From NCBI GenBank assembly GCA_034408725.1, contig JAWXCN010000263.1, positions 1 through 27,875 on the forward strand: a stretch of 27,875 bases of DNA. Direction: 5' to 3'. Both the position numbers and the translations under genes were made by a program. This stretch comes from Candidatus Hydrogenedentota bacterium (GTDB lineage: Bacteria; Hydrogenedentota; Hydrogenedentia; Hydrogenedentales; SLHB01). A model generated the notes under the pieces. The model was given only the letters and a program-made list of their open reading frames with translations. It did no database searches and was not told the origin of the DNA. Below are positions 8,236-15,927 of this stretch, one piece after another. The number at the start of each line of letters is the position of its first letter. Position 1 is the first letter of the stretch.

Positions 8236-8473
8236 GGAAAATATGCCAGACGAGCTGCGGCCGAGCTATAAACGCTCTGATTTCACATCTGTAGAGCGCG
8301 GGAAGTACGCATCACGTTTGGCGAAAGAGTCCAATATCATCGTCCTTGATCCCGAAGTGGCAAAGGCGTTCCCCAACTAACGCGCGGTAAACCATGCCCT
8401 AAAGAAAATGATCGAAGTCGCCCGCGGAATGGCGCGAGATTCGGTAAAAAGAAGTTCCACGCGCAAACAGTGA
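8222..8473 (+). pseudogene. BrnA-like antitoxin with in-frame TAA
   Basis: MKKRKENMPDELRPSYKRSDFTSVERGKYASRLAKESNIIVLDPEVAKAFPN*RAVNHALKKMIEVAR...KQ*. The family pattern (LRPEY..RGKY..VVLDPDVA.AFP...AVN.AL) continues past the TAA at 8378-8380. Confidence 0.8.
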
Positions 8474-8618
8474 TTGCCCGCGCCATCCAGCGTGACTAGG
8501 GCATTCTTCACGCCCCCTCCGGCAAATTCGCCGTATCGTTTATCATCGCTCACCGCCATTGATCCCCAGGCGGCCAAGACCGCATGATAGCCGTCCACTC
8601 ACAAGGAAGGGGGCGTGC

Positions 8619-10445
8619 ATGGCTAAGAGCGCAGTTCGCCGGGTCGCGAAATGGCTGTTTGGAATCTGGTTGGTATTGATGATCGCGTTGGGCGCGGTGG
8701 CAGTCAACGTCATTTGGTTCAAGCCGTTTTCCATCGGCATTTTTTTCGAGCGCGTATTTCTGGAATACGCATTGATGAACCCCGAACTGCTGACCGACGT
8801 GCGGCTCCTCGAACCCTATGGCATTACAGGACACAACGCGAAACTAAATGACGCGTCGCCCGCGTTCGGCGAGCGCATGTGGGAGAAGGGCAAGCGCGAC
8901 CTCGATACACTGCACCGGTACGATCGCGCGAAGCTCAACGAGAACCAGCAGCTTTCCTATGACGTGCTCGAGTGGTACCTCGACGATGGCGTGCGGGCTA
9001 AGCCGTTTCTGTATCACGACTACCCAGTCAATCAGCTTTTTGGCGTGCAAAACGATCTGCCGACGTTCATGGCGATGAAGCACGAAGTGCGGTCGGCGCA
9101 CGACGCGGAGCAGTACATCACCCGGCTCGATGGTTTTCCCCGCAAGATGGAGCAAGTCGTCGAAGGACTGAAGTTGCGCGAATCAAAAGGCATCCTGCCT
9201 CCGAAATTTGTGTTTGCCAAGGTCCTCAGTGAGATGCGGGGATTTTATGGAGTGCCTCCGCAACAAAACATCGTATACACGGCGTTTCAAGAGAAGCTGG
9301 ACAAAAGCGAAATCCCGGATGCCGATAGAGAAGCGCTGCTGGCGCGCGTCGCGAAGGCGGTTTCCGAAAGCGTTTATCCCGCGTATGAAACATTGAACAC
9401 TCAATTATGCGACATGGAACTGCGCGCAACCGTGGACGATGGTGTATGGAAATTTCCCGAGGGTGATGCGTATTACGCGTACGCATTGCGCAGCCAAACG
9501 ACGTCGGATACGCCGCCCGCGGACGTACACGCGCTGGGCCTTGACGAAGTGGAGCGCATCACCGCGGAAATGCGCACGATTCTCGATGGGCTGGGGATGA
9601 CCGGAAAATCCGTCGGCGAGCACATGCGCGACTTGCAGGACGATCCACAGTTTCACTTTCCCAATAGCGACGAGGGCAGGGCGCAATGCATCGCCGAGTA
9701 CCAGGCGATTATCAATGAAATTGACGGCGGCTTGAGTGACGCATTCGATTTGCGCCCGAATGCCGGTGTTGAGGTCCGGCGCGTGCCGGAGTTCCGCGAA
9801 CAGGGTTCCGCCGGCGCGTACTACGAATCACCATCGCTTGACGGTGCGCGGCCCGGTGTATTTTTCGCCAACCTGCGGAACATGGAAGAAGTCTCGAAAT
9901 GGGGCATGCGCACACTTGCCTATCACGAAGCGATTCCCGGCCACCATTTTCAGCTTGCGATTCAGCAGCAGATTGACGCGCCGACGTTCCGCAAGGTGAT
10001 TCCCTTTACGGCATACGCCGAGGGTTGGGCCTTGTACGCGGAGCAGCTCGCGTGGGAACTCGGGTTTCAGAAAGACCCTTATTCAAACTTGGGCCGCTTG
10101 CAGGCCGAACTCTTCCGCGCGGCGCGACTCGTAGTCGATACCGGCATCCATTACAAACGGTGGCCACGTCAACAGGCGATTGATTACATGATGCAAACGA
10201 CCGGCATGGGTCCAATCGAAGTTTCCGCGGAAATCGAACGCTATATCGTGATGCCTGGCCAGGCCTGCGCCTACAAAATGGGCATGCTCAAAATCCTCGA
10301 GCTGAGGGAGAAAGCAAAAGCGGAACTGGGCGACAAATTCAGCCTGAAGGAATTTCACAACGCGGTAATTGGGAACGGTTCGTTGCCGCTGGAGATTCTC
10401 AAAAATGTGGTGGAGAGGTATATCGCGGAACGTAAGTCCTTGTAG
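8619..10445 (+). CDS. DUF885 family protein (HExxPGHH metallopeptidase-like), N-terminal membrane anchor
   Basis: Motifs TLAYHEAIPGHHFQ, AYAEGWALYAE, RAARLVVDTGIH, EIERYIVMPGQACAYKMG and FSLKEFH. ATG 8619 follows AAGGAAGGGGG. Confidence 0.93.
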   Translation: MAKSAVRRVAKWLFGIWLVLMIALGAVAVNVIWFKPFSIGIFFERVFLEYALMNPELLTDVRLLEPYGITGHNAKLNDASPAFGERMWEKGKRDLDTLHRYDRAKLNENQQLSYDVLEWYLDDGVRAKPFLYHDYPVNQLFGVQNDLPTFMAMKHEVRSAHDAEQYITRLDGFPRKMEQVVEGLKLRESKGILPPKFVFAKVLSEMRGFYGVPPQQNIVYTAFQEKLDKSEIPDADREALLARVAKAVSESVYPAYETLNTQLCDMELRATVDDGVWKFPEGDAYYAYALRSQTTSDTPPADVHALGLDEVERITAEMRTILDGLGMTGKSVGEHMRDLQDDPQFHFPNSDEGRAQCIAEYQAIINEIDGGLSDAFDLRPNAGVEVRRVPEFREQGSAGAYYESPSLDGARPGVFFANLRNMEEVSKWGMRTLAYHEAIPGHHFQLAIQQQIDAPTFRKVIPFTAYAEGWALYAEQLAWELGFQKDPYSNLGRLQAELFRAARLVVDTGIHYKRWPRQQAIDYMMQTTGMGPIEVSAEIERYIVMPGQACAYKMGMLKILELREKAKAELGDKFSLKEFHNAVIGNGSLPLEILKNVVERYIAERKSL

Positions 10446-10451
10446 CCATTG

Positions 10452-10494
10452 GCCTGATGCAGATTGAATATTGAATGTTCAATCTGTACCAGGC
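10452..10494. terminator. Hairpin between convergent genes (possible terminator)
   Basis: gcctgatgcagattgaata-ttgaa-tgttcaatctgtaccaggc, a 19-bp imperfect stem just after the DUF885 stop; no clear U-tract. Confidence 0.5.
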
Positions 10495-10582
10495 AGATTG
10501 CGCGGAGGCACTCGTCTACGGCGGCACGAAAAGCGCCTTGCGAAGCGGAACCGTTGTGTATTCGTGGCAGGACTGGCTATAG

Positions 10583-11380
10583 CTACATCTTCATTTTCTT
10601 GAATTGCCATTCCGGTATCGCCCGGATGATGAGCATGATATAGCGCCAGAACCAGGGGATGTAGGCAACATTTTTCCCGCGCATGATGGCATCATGCATG
10701 TCGCGGGCGGCGCGTTCGGGGGATGCGACGAGTGGGCCGGGCAGGGGCAGTCCCCAGGTCATTTTGGTGTCGACGAAGCCGGGCTTTAACGTGATTACGT
10801 GGACTCCGTGCGGGTGCAATCTATTCCGCAACCCTTGCAGGTAGGTCGTCATCGCGGCTTTCGACGCGCCATAGATGTAGTTCGACTGTCTGCCGCGATC
10901 GCCTGCGACAGATGAAATCCCCGCGATGAAACCCCGGCGCATGGGTTCGAGGTGCGCGGCAAACAATTCGCAAAGTGAAATGGTTGCGTTCACATTGACG
11001 TCGATGGTGCGCCGCGCGATCGCGAAATCTTTTTGCATAACCGGCTGTTCTTCCATGAACCCGAAGCCGAGCACGACACCTTCCAGCGAACTGTTTCCAT
11101 CGCGCACACACTCATCGACAAACGCGGCATGCGTCTCGAACGCTTCAGCATCAAAAGTTTTTGCGACAACCCGCACGCCGTGCCGCAGTTCGAGGTCGCA
11201 GGCGATAGCGTTGGTTTCCTCGCTGTCTCGCGCGCACACGATCAGGTCGTGACCGCGGCGCGCGAATTCACCGGCCAATGCGCGCGCGATGGCCGAGGTG
11301 ACCCCAAGAACAACGACAGTGCCCGGGCCCACGGCTATAGTGGCCGCGGTGGTCAGGGCGACAGAGTTGGCCGCGCTCAT
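10583..11380 (-). CDS. DprE2-like short-chain dehydrogenase (polyprenyl-phospho-ketopentose reductase-like)
   Basis: Motifs VLGVTSAIA, ISSVAGDRGRQSNYIYGASKA and KPGFVDTKMT. ATG 11380 overlaps the upstream TGA (ATGA). Confidence 0.85.
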   Translation of the reverse strand: MSAANSVALTTAATIAVGPGTVVVLGVTSAIARALAGEFARRGHDLIVCARDSEETNAIACDLELRHGVRVVAKTFDAEAFETHAAFVDECVRDGNSSLEGVVLGFGFMEEQPVMQKDFAIARRTIDVNVNATISLCELFAAHLEPMRRGFIAGISSVAGDRGRQSNYIYGASKAAMTTYLQGLRNRLHPHGVHVITLKPGFVDTKMTWGLPLPGPLVASPERAARDMHDAIMRGKNVAYIPWFWRYIMLIIRAIPEWQFKKMKM

Positions 11381-12747
11381 GGTTCGATTGCTCCATCGAC
11401 GATGCCGCAACGCCGCGCAAGCCGCGAAGATAATTTTTGGTTCGGATCGAGCTGTTGTTTCACCGCCTGAAATTCCTTCAAACGGGGATACATCGCCGCA
11501 AAAACTTCAGCGCGGGTGAATGCGTCCTTTGCCATGTACAGCCGGCCGCCGTGGCGCACTACAATTTCATCACAATCGTTAAGAAACGGCTCCAGATCGC
11601 GGGAAATAGGAATGTCGAGCGTCAGGGTCCATCCGTCGATGGGATGCGACAACATGCCTGGGCTCGAGGGGCCCATGCGCTTCAATACCGCGAGAAACGA
11701 CGCGCGGCCCGAGGCGCTCACTTTTTCGAGCAGCGCGCGCATGCCTTCAACGCCCGATAGCGGAAACGTCGCCTGGTACTGCGTGAAGCCTTTCTTTCCA
11801 TAGATACGGTTCCAATGATGAATGGCATCGAGCGGGTAGAAGTACGTGTTGTAGTCAATGATCTGTCCTTCGCGCGTGCGGTGCCTGGCATAGAACAATT
11901 TATTGAATAGGCCGATGCTCAACGGGTTCAACGCGAAACCCGGAAAATCGAACGGAACACCGGGCTGCAACCTGGACGGAACGGACAACGCATCGCCATG
12001 CGACGCTGGCAAACTTTCCGCGTCGACGTGGTCGCCGGACATCAGCACCGAACGGCCCAGCGATTTCCCTTTCGCAATGCAATCGACCCAGGCGACGGAA
12101 TACTTATAGCGATTGTCCGTTTCGCGAATTGAAGACAACACCGCATCGAAATTGGGACACTGCCGATAGTCCACGCGAATGTACGCGCTCGAAATGCGCA
12201 ACAGCCGGATGCGCGCGGTCAGGATGAAACCCGTCAATCCCGCGCCTCCGATGGTGGCCCAGAACACGTGCGCATTTTCCGACGGGCTGCACACGAGCAC
12301 GCTGCCCGTGGGAGTCAATAAGGTGAACTGATCGACGTGCTGTCCGAACGAACCGTCCACGTGATGGTTCTTGCCATGCACGTCATGGGCAATCGCGCCG
12401 CCGATGGTGACGAATTTCGTGCCGGGCGTGACCGGTAAAAACCACCCGCGCGGCACGAAGACTTCCAGAATTTCCGCGAGACTGACGCCCGCTTCGCACT
12501 CGAGCACACCCGCCATTTCGTCGAAGGTCAGCATCCGGTTTAAGCGCGTCGTGGTGATGACACCGCCGCCGGGGTTCACGGCGACGTCGCCATAGCTACG
12601 CCCCAGTCCGCGCGCGATGTACGTGGGTTGCTCGCCGTGTTCGAGGATTTCAGCGATACCGCGCCGCTTCTCAGGGCGAAACACGGCGCATTTCATGCGC
12701 GGCCATCGGCCCCATCCGGCGATTTCTTGTGTACTAAATTCAGGCAC
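11377..12747 (-). CDS. DprE1-like FAD-binding oxidoreductase (polyprenyl-phospho-ribose 2'-oxidase-like)
   Basis: Motifs ARGLGRSYGD, VTPGTKFVTIGGAIAHDVHGKNHH, YSVAWVD, FLAVLK, GGRLYMAKD and MYPRL. Confidence 0.88.
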   Translation of the reverse strand: MPEFSTQEIAGWGRWPRMKCAVFRPEKRRGIAEILEHGEQPTYIARGLGRSYGDVAVNPGGGVITTTRLNRMLTFDEMAGVLECEAGVSLAEILEVFVPRGWFLPVTPGTKFVTIGGAIAHDVHGKNHHVDGSFGQHVDQFTLLTPTGSVLVCSPSENAHVFWATIGGAGLTGFILTARIRLLRISSAYIRVDYRQCPNFDAVLSSIRETDNRYKYSVAWVDCIAKGKSLGRSVLMSGDHVDAESLPASHGDALSVPSRLQPGVPFDFPGFALNPLSIGLFNKLFYARHRTREGQIIDYNTYFYPLDAIHHWNRIYGKKGFTQYQATFPLSGVEGMRALLEKVSASGRASFLAVLKRMGPSSPGMLSHPIDGWTLTLDIPISRDLEPFLNDCDEIVVRHGGRLYMAKDAFTRAEVFAAMYPRLKEFQAVKQQLDPNQKLSSRLARRCGIVDGAIEP

Positions 12748-12819
12748 TCACGGATTCCTATCCTACTTCGGGGCGTAATCCTAAACGGATTCGCGCCTGG
12801 AGTCGAGTATCGCTCAGGG

Positions 12820-13911
12820 TCATCGCAGGATGCTGACACCCTTCACCCGCGCGTAGGCGTGCGCGCCGGTTTCCAACGAAAGATGATCGCGCGATCTGCG
12901 TGTTATTACCGAAAGCAGCAGATTCTGATCATCTCCCGTTGCCGGTCGAAGTTCCAGAACGACGCTACCGGGCGGTCTGTCCGCGATACCGGCAACCCGT
13001 ACGGGAAATTGGTTTACGATGCTGCTCTGCGTGTCGCGCGCGAGTCCAATGCTTACGTCACGCCCCGCAATCTGGAGGCGGACACTCTCGCCTGGTTGCG
13101 CGGAAATTTTCGATGCCCACACCGTGCCGAATGCCGTTTGGAGTTCAGACAGGTGATACGCGCCGTCGTGGCTCACGACGGTCGCATCGAGCACGGAAAA
13201 CACTTCTTCGTGCGTGATACCGGAATCGGTGTACACGCGGGGAAGGATTTCCTGAAGCGGTCCACACGCCACCAGGCGCCCTTCTCGCAACAGGAGCAAC
13301 GTGTCGGCGAGGCGGGCGAGTTCACGCAGGGAATGGCTCACATAAATCATCGGCACCGCGAGGTCCCGGTGCAACCTGTCGAGATACGGCATTAGTTCCG
13401 CGCGGCCGGGTTCGTCTAACGCCGCCAGCGGCTCATCCATCAGCAGCAGTTTCGGGCTCCTCAACAATGCCCGCGCCAGCGCCACGCGTTGCCGTTCGCC
13501 TCCGGATAATCCCGCGGGCATCCGGTCGAGCAGTGGCGCGAGGCCGGTCCATGCGATTGCCTGGTCCACCGTGATCGTGCGTTGCCGGGGCGAAAGCCGG
13601 TTGAAACCGTAGAGAATATTGTCGCGCACCGAAAGGTGCGGAAAAAGGCTTGCTTCCTGAAACACATAGCCCACACCGCGCGAATGCACCGGCATGAAAA
13701 TGTCTCGCTTCTCGTCTTGCCAGATTTCGTCGCCGATGACGAGTTCCGCGTCGCGTGCGCGCGTCAGCCCCGCAACGCACCGGAGCAGCGTCGTCTTTCC
13801 CGACCCGCTGTGCCCGAATACCCCCGTCACGCCGCCATTGGGAATAGTGAATGCGAGGTCGAGCGAGAAACCGCCCGGCGCCGTTTTGAACTGGCCGCGG
13901 ATCGTGCTCAC
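12820..13911 (-). CDS. modC: Molybdate ABC transporter ATP-binding protein
   Basis: Walker A GHSGSGKTT, GYVFQEASLFPHL, LSGGERQRVA, LLLMDEP and C-terminal TOBE domain; overlaps the modB stop. Confidence 0.95.
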   Translation of the reverse strand: MSTIRGQFKTAPGGFSLDLAFTIPNGGVTGVFGHSGSGKTTLLRCVAGLTRARDAELVIGDEIWQDEKRDIFMPVHSRGVGYVFQEASLFPHLSVRDNILYGFNRLSPRQRTITVDQAIAWTGLAPLLDRMPAGLSGGERQRVALARALLRSPKLLLMDEPLAALDEPGRAELMPYLDRLHRDLAVPMIYVSHSLRELARLADTLLLLREGRLVACGPLQEILPRVYTDSGITHEEVFSVLDATVVSHDGAYHLSELQTAFGTVWASKISAQPGESVRLQIAGRDVSIGLARDTQSSIVNQFPVRVAGIADRPPGSVVLELRPATGDDQNLLLSVITRRSRDHLSLETGAHAYARVKGVSILR

Positions 13912-14594
13912 CGCGATACCGTATCCGCGCGCCGGTTGATGGCGTAGACGAGGAGAAATACGGCAAACGAGAATACGAACATGCCCGCCGAGAGGATGTG
14001 TGCCTGCGGGTAATTCAGCGCCTCGACCGAATCGTATATCGCAATGGATACGACACGGGTGCTGCCGGGGATGTTCCCGCCGATCATGAGGACAACGCCG
14101 AATTCGCCCACCGTGTGCGCAAACCCGAGGGTAGCCGCGGTGAGTACGCCGCGCCGCGCCATCGGAAACGCAATCGAGAAGAACCGGTCCCAGGCGTTCG
14201 CGCCAAGCGTAGCCGCGACTTCCAGTGGGCGCTCACCCATTGCCATAAAGGCATTCTGAATAGGCTGTACCACGAACGGCAACGAATAGAGCACCGAACC
14301 AATGACCAGGCCCGGAAATGAAAACACGAGCCGCGGCCCGCCCCACGATTCCCAAAGCCCGCCAACGGGGCCGTGAGGTCCGAGCAAAAAAAGCAGGTAG
14401 AAGCCGAGGACCGTCGGCGGTAGCACGAGCGGCATCGCGACGAGGGCTTCGACAACGACACGTGCGCGGTTCCTGGTGCGCGCAAGCCACCAAGCCAGCG
14501 GAGTGCCCATAATCAACAGCACAACAACGCTCACCGCGGCGAGTTGCAGGGTGAGGAGTACGGGTGTCCAGTCGAATGCTTGCGCGTCAGGCAT
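13908..14594 (-). CDS. modB: Molybdate ABC transporter permease
   Basis: Motifs MPLVLPPTVLGFYLL, YSLPFVVQP and FAHTVGEFGVVLMIGGNIPG. Confidence 0.96.
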   Translation of the reverse strand: MPDAQAFDWTPVLLTLQLAAVSVVVLLIMGTPLAWWLARTRNRARVVVEALVAMPLVLPPTVLGFYLLFLLGPHGPVGGLWESWGGPRLVFSFPGLVIGSVLYSLPFVVQPIQNAFMAMGERPLEVAATLGANAWDRFFSIAFPMARRGVLTAATLGFAHTVGEFGVVLMIGGNIPGSTRVVSIAIYDSVEALNYPQAHILSAGMFVFSFAVFLLVYAINRRADTVSR

Positions 14595-14597
14595 GGT

Positions 14598-15356
14598 TTA
14601 GCGGGCCGGCGCCGAGTAGCCGGACTCCGCAATGATCCGGCGAGCATCCTCGCTCTTGAGAAACGCGCAATAGGCCGCCGCGGCGGTATTTTTTGTTCCC
14701 GCTTCCAGCAGGGCGGCGTCCTGATTCAGCGGCGGATGAGCTTTTCCCGGAACGATCCAATAAAGTTTTTTTTCGCGAAGGTGGACCTGTGAGTACGCGA
14801 CCACGCCGGCCTCCGCGCCGCCGCTGTCGACAAACTGCATGGTTTGCGCGATGTTTTCGCCGTACACGATGCGTCCCTGAAAATGGTCCCACAGATCAAG
14901 GTTCCGCAACGCGGCAACCGCTGCTTCGCCATATGGCGCGGTTTCCGGATTCGCAATGGCCAGGTGCGTAATCTGCGCCGCCTTCAATGCCTCGGCGCCG
15001 TTTGCGATACCCGCGACTACTGGCGAGTAGACTGCGAGACGTCCGATGGCGTATGTGAAACGCGAGCCTTTGGCGGCCAACCCTCTTTTTTCGAGCACCG
15101 CGACATGCTCCTCGTCCGCGGAGAGAAAGATGTCGAATGGCGCGCCGTTGGAAATCTGCGCAAACAACTTTCCGGTCGAGCCCGCGCTGCTTGTTACTGT
15201 GTGACCGGAACTTTCGGCAAATTTTTTCACAAGGGCTTCCTGGGTGGTGATGAAATTCGACGCGACGGCCACCCGGACCGTGCCGTGTTCGTCATCACAT
15301 AGCGCCACACCCGCGAAGACCAGCGCGCAGCATGCCAGCGCCAATAAAGTACGCAT
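14598..15356 (-). CDS. modA: Molybdate ABC transporter substrate-binding protein
   Basis: Signal peptide, VAVASNF, GSTGKLFAQISNGAPFDIFLSAD, AIANPETAPYG and GENIAQT; GGGAGG RBS. Confidence 0.95.
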   Translation of the reverse strand: MRTLLALACCALVFAGVALCDDEHGTVRVAVASNFITTQEALVKKFAESSGHTVTSSAGSTGKLFAQISNGAPFDIFLSADEEHVAVLEKRGLAAKGSRFTYAIGRLAVYSPVVAGIANGAEALKAAQITHLAIANPETAPYGEAAVAALRNLDLWDHFQGRIVYGENIAQTMQFVDSGGAEAGVVAYSQVHLREKKLYWIVPGKAHPPLNQDAALLEAGTKNTAAAAYCAFLKSEDARRIIAESGYSAPAR

Positions 15357-15425
15357 GTAAACCGCCTCCCTACTATGCCGCTGTATTCTAATCCACTTTT
15401 CACCGCCGCCGCTAACCAGCAGGGC

Positions 15426-15464
15426 GATTTTGGATTTTAGATTTTAGATTTTAGATTTTGGATT
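15426..15464. repeat. 7-nt tandem repeat (GATTTTR)x5.5
   Basis: gattttg gatttta gatttta gatttta gattttg gatt read directly. Confidence 0.9.
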
Positions 15465-15484
15465 GAATGCGGCGCAATTCACGT

Positions 15485-15740
15485 CTCGTGCTCGCAGTAA
15501 TTTTCGTGCTCCTGCTCGCTCTCGCTCGTGCTCGATCCCCTCGTAATCGTAATCGTAAATCGGTTCCCTCCAAGTGTCCTGAGTTTGAGATTCGTTCGAT
15601 ATGAAGTTTGGAAATCAGACTTTACATCCCCCTAAATCCCCCTTCAAAGGGGGACTTTGAAGATCGGATTATGCGTATGACTTTTGCCAAGGATTTGGGA
15701 TTCATGACACTAGTCGCGCTTGTGCTCGTAATCGATCCCC
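15485..15740. repeat. Degenerate 6-nt repeat tract (CTCGTG/CTCGTA/ATCGTA) interrupted by MITE copy 1
   Basis: ctcgtgctcg...ctcgtgctcgatcccc tcgtaatcgtaatcgta at 15485-15560. The tract resumes as cttgtgctcgtaatcgatcccc at about 15719-15740. Confidence 0.7.
15574..15710 (-). mobile_element. MITE, IS630-like ends, copy 1 (137 bp)
   Basis: Near-identical reverse complement of 26956-27109. Ends GTGTCCTGA...TCATGACAC, flanked by C-AA and TA-G. Internal hairpin TCCCCCTT-CA-AAGGGGGA at 15637-15654. Confidence 0.85.
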
Positions 15741-15927
15741 CCGCATTTCCAGACGCCGTGTTTGCCATACGCGGCGCCCGTTCCAGCGAGCGGAGCGCTC
15801 CGGTGGTCTGTTCTGCCCGGCAAATACCGCTCTCAAATTGTGTCACGGTGAATGCGGGAGCGCATTCCTGTATGATTCCAGGTTGGAGCCGCGCTCGCGA
15901 CGTGCGCGCCGTTCTAACGAGGATGAT

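Noticed and set aside
8378-8380. Programmed read-through or recoding of the antitoxin stop
   Set aside because: The codon is TAA, which is used as a normal stop by other genes here, and the cognate toxin is already deleted, so simple pseudogenisation fits better.
15357-15425. Moco/tungsten riboswitch or ModE box upstream of modA
   Set aside because: The non-repetitive leader is only about 70 nt and I could not match either consensus; an Infernal/Rfam scan would settle it.
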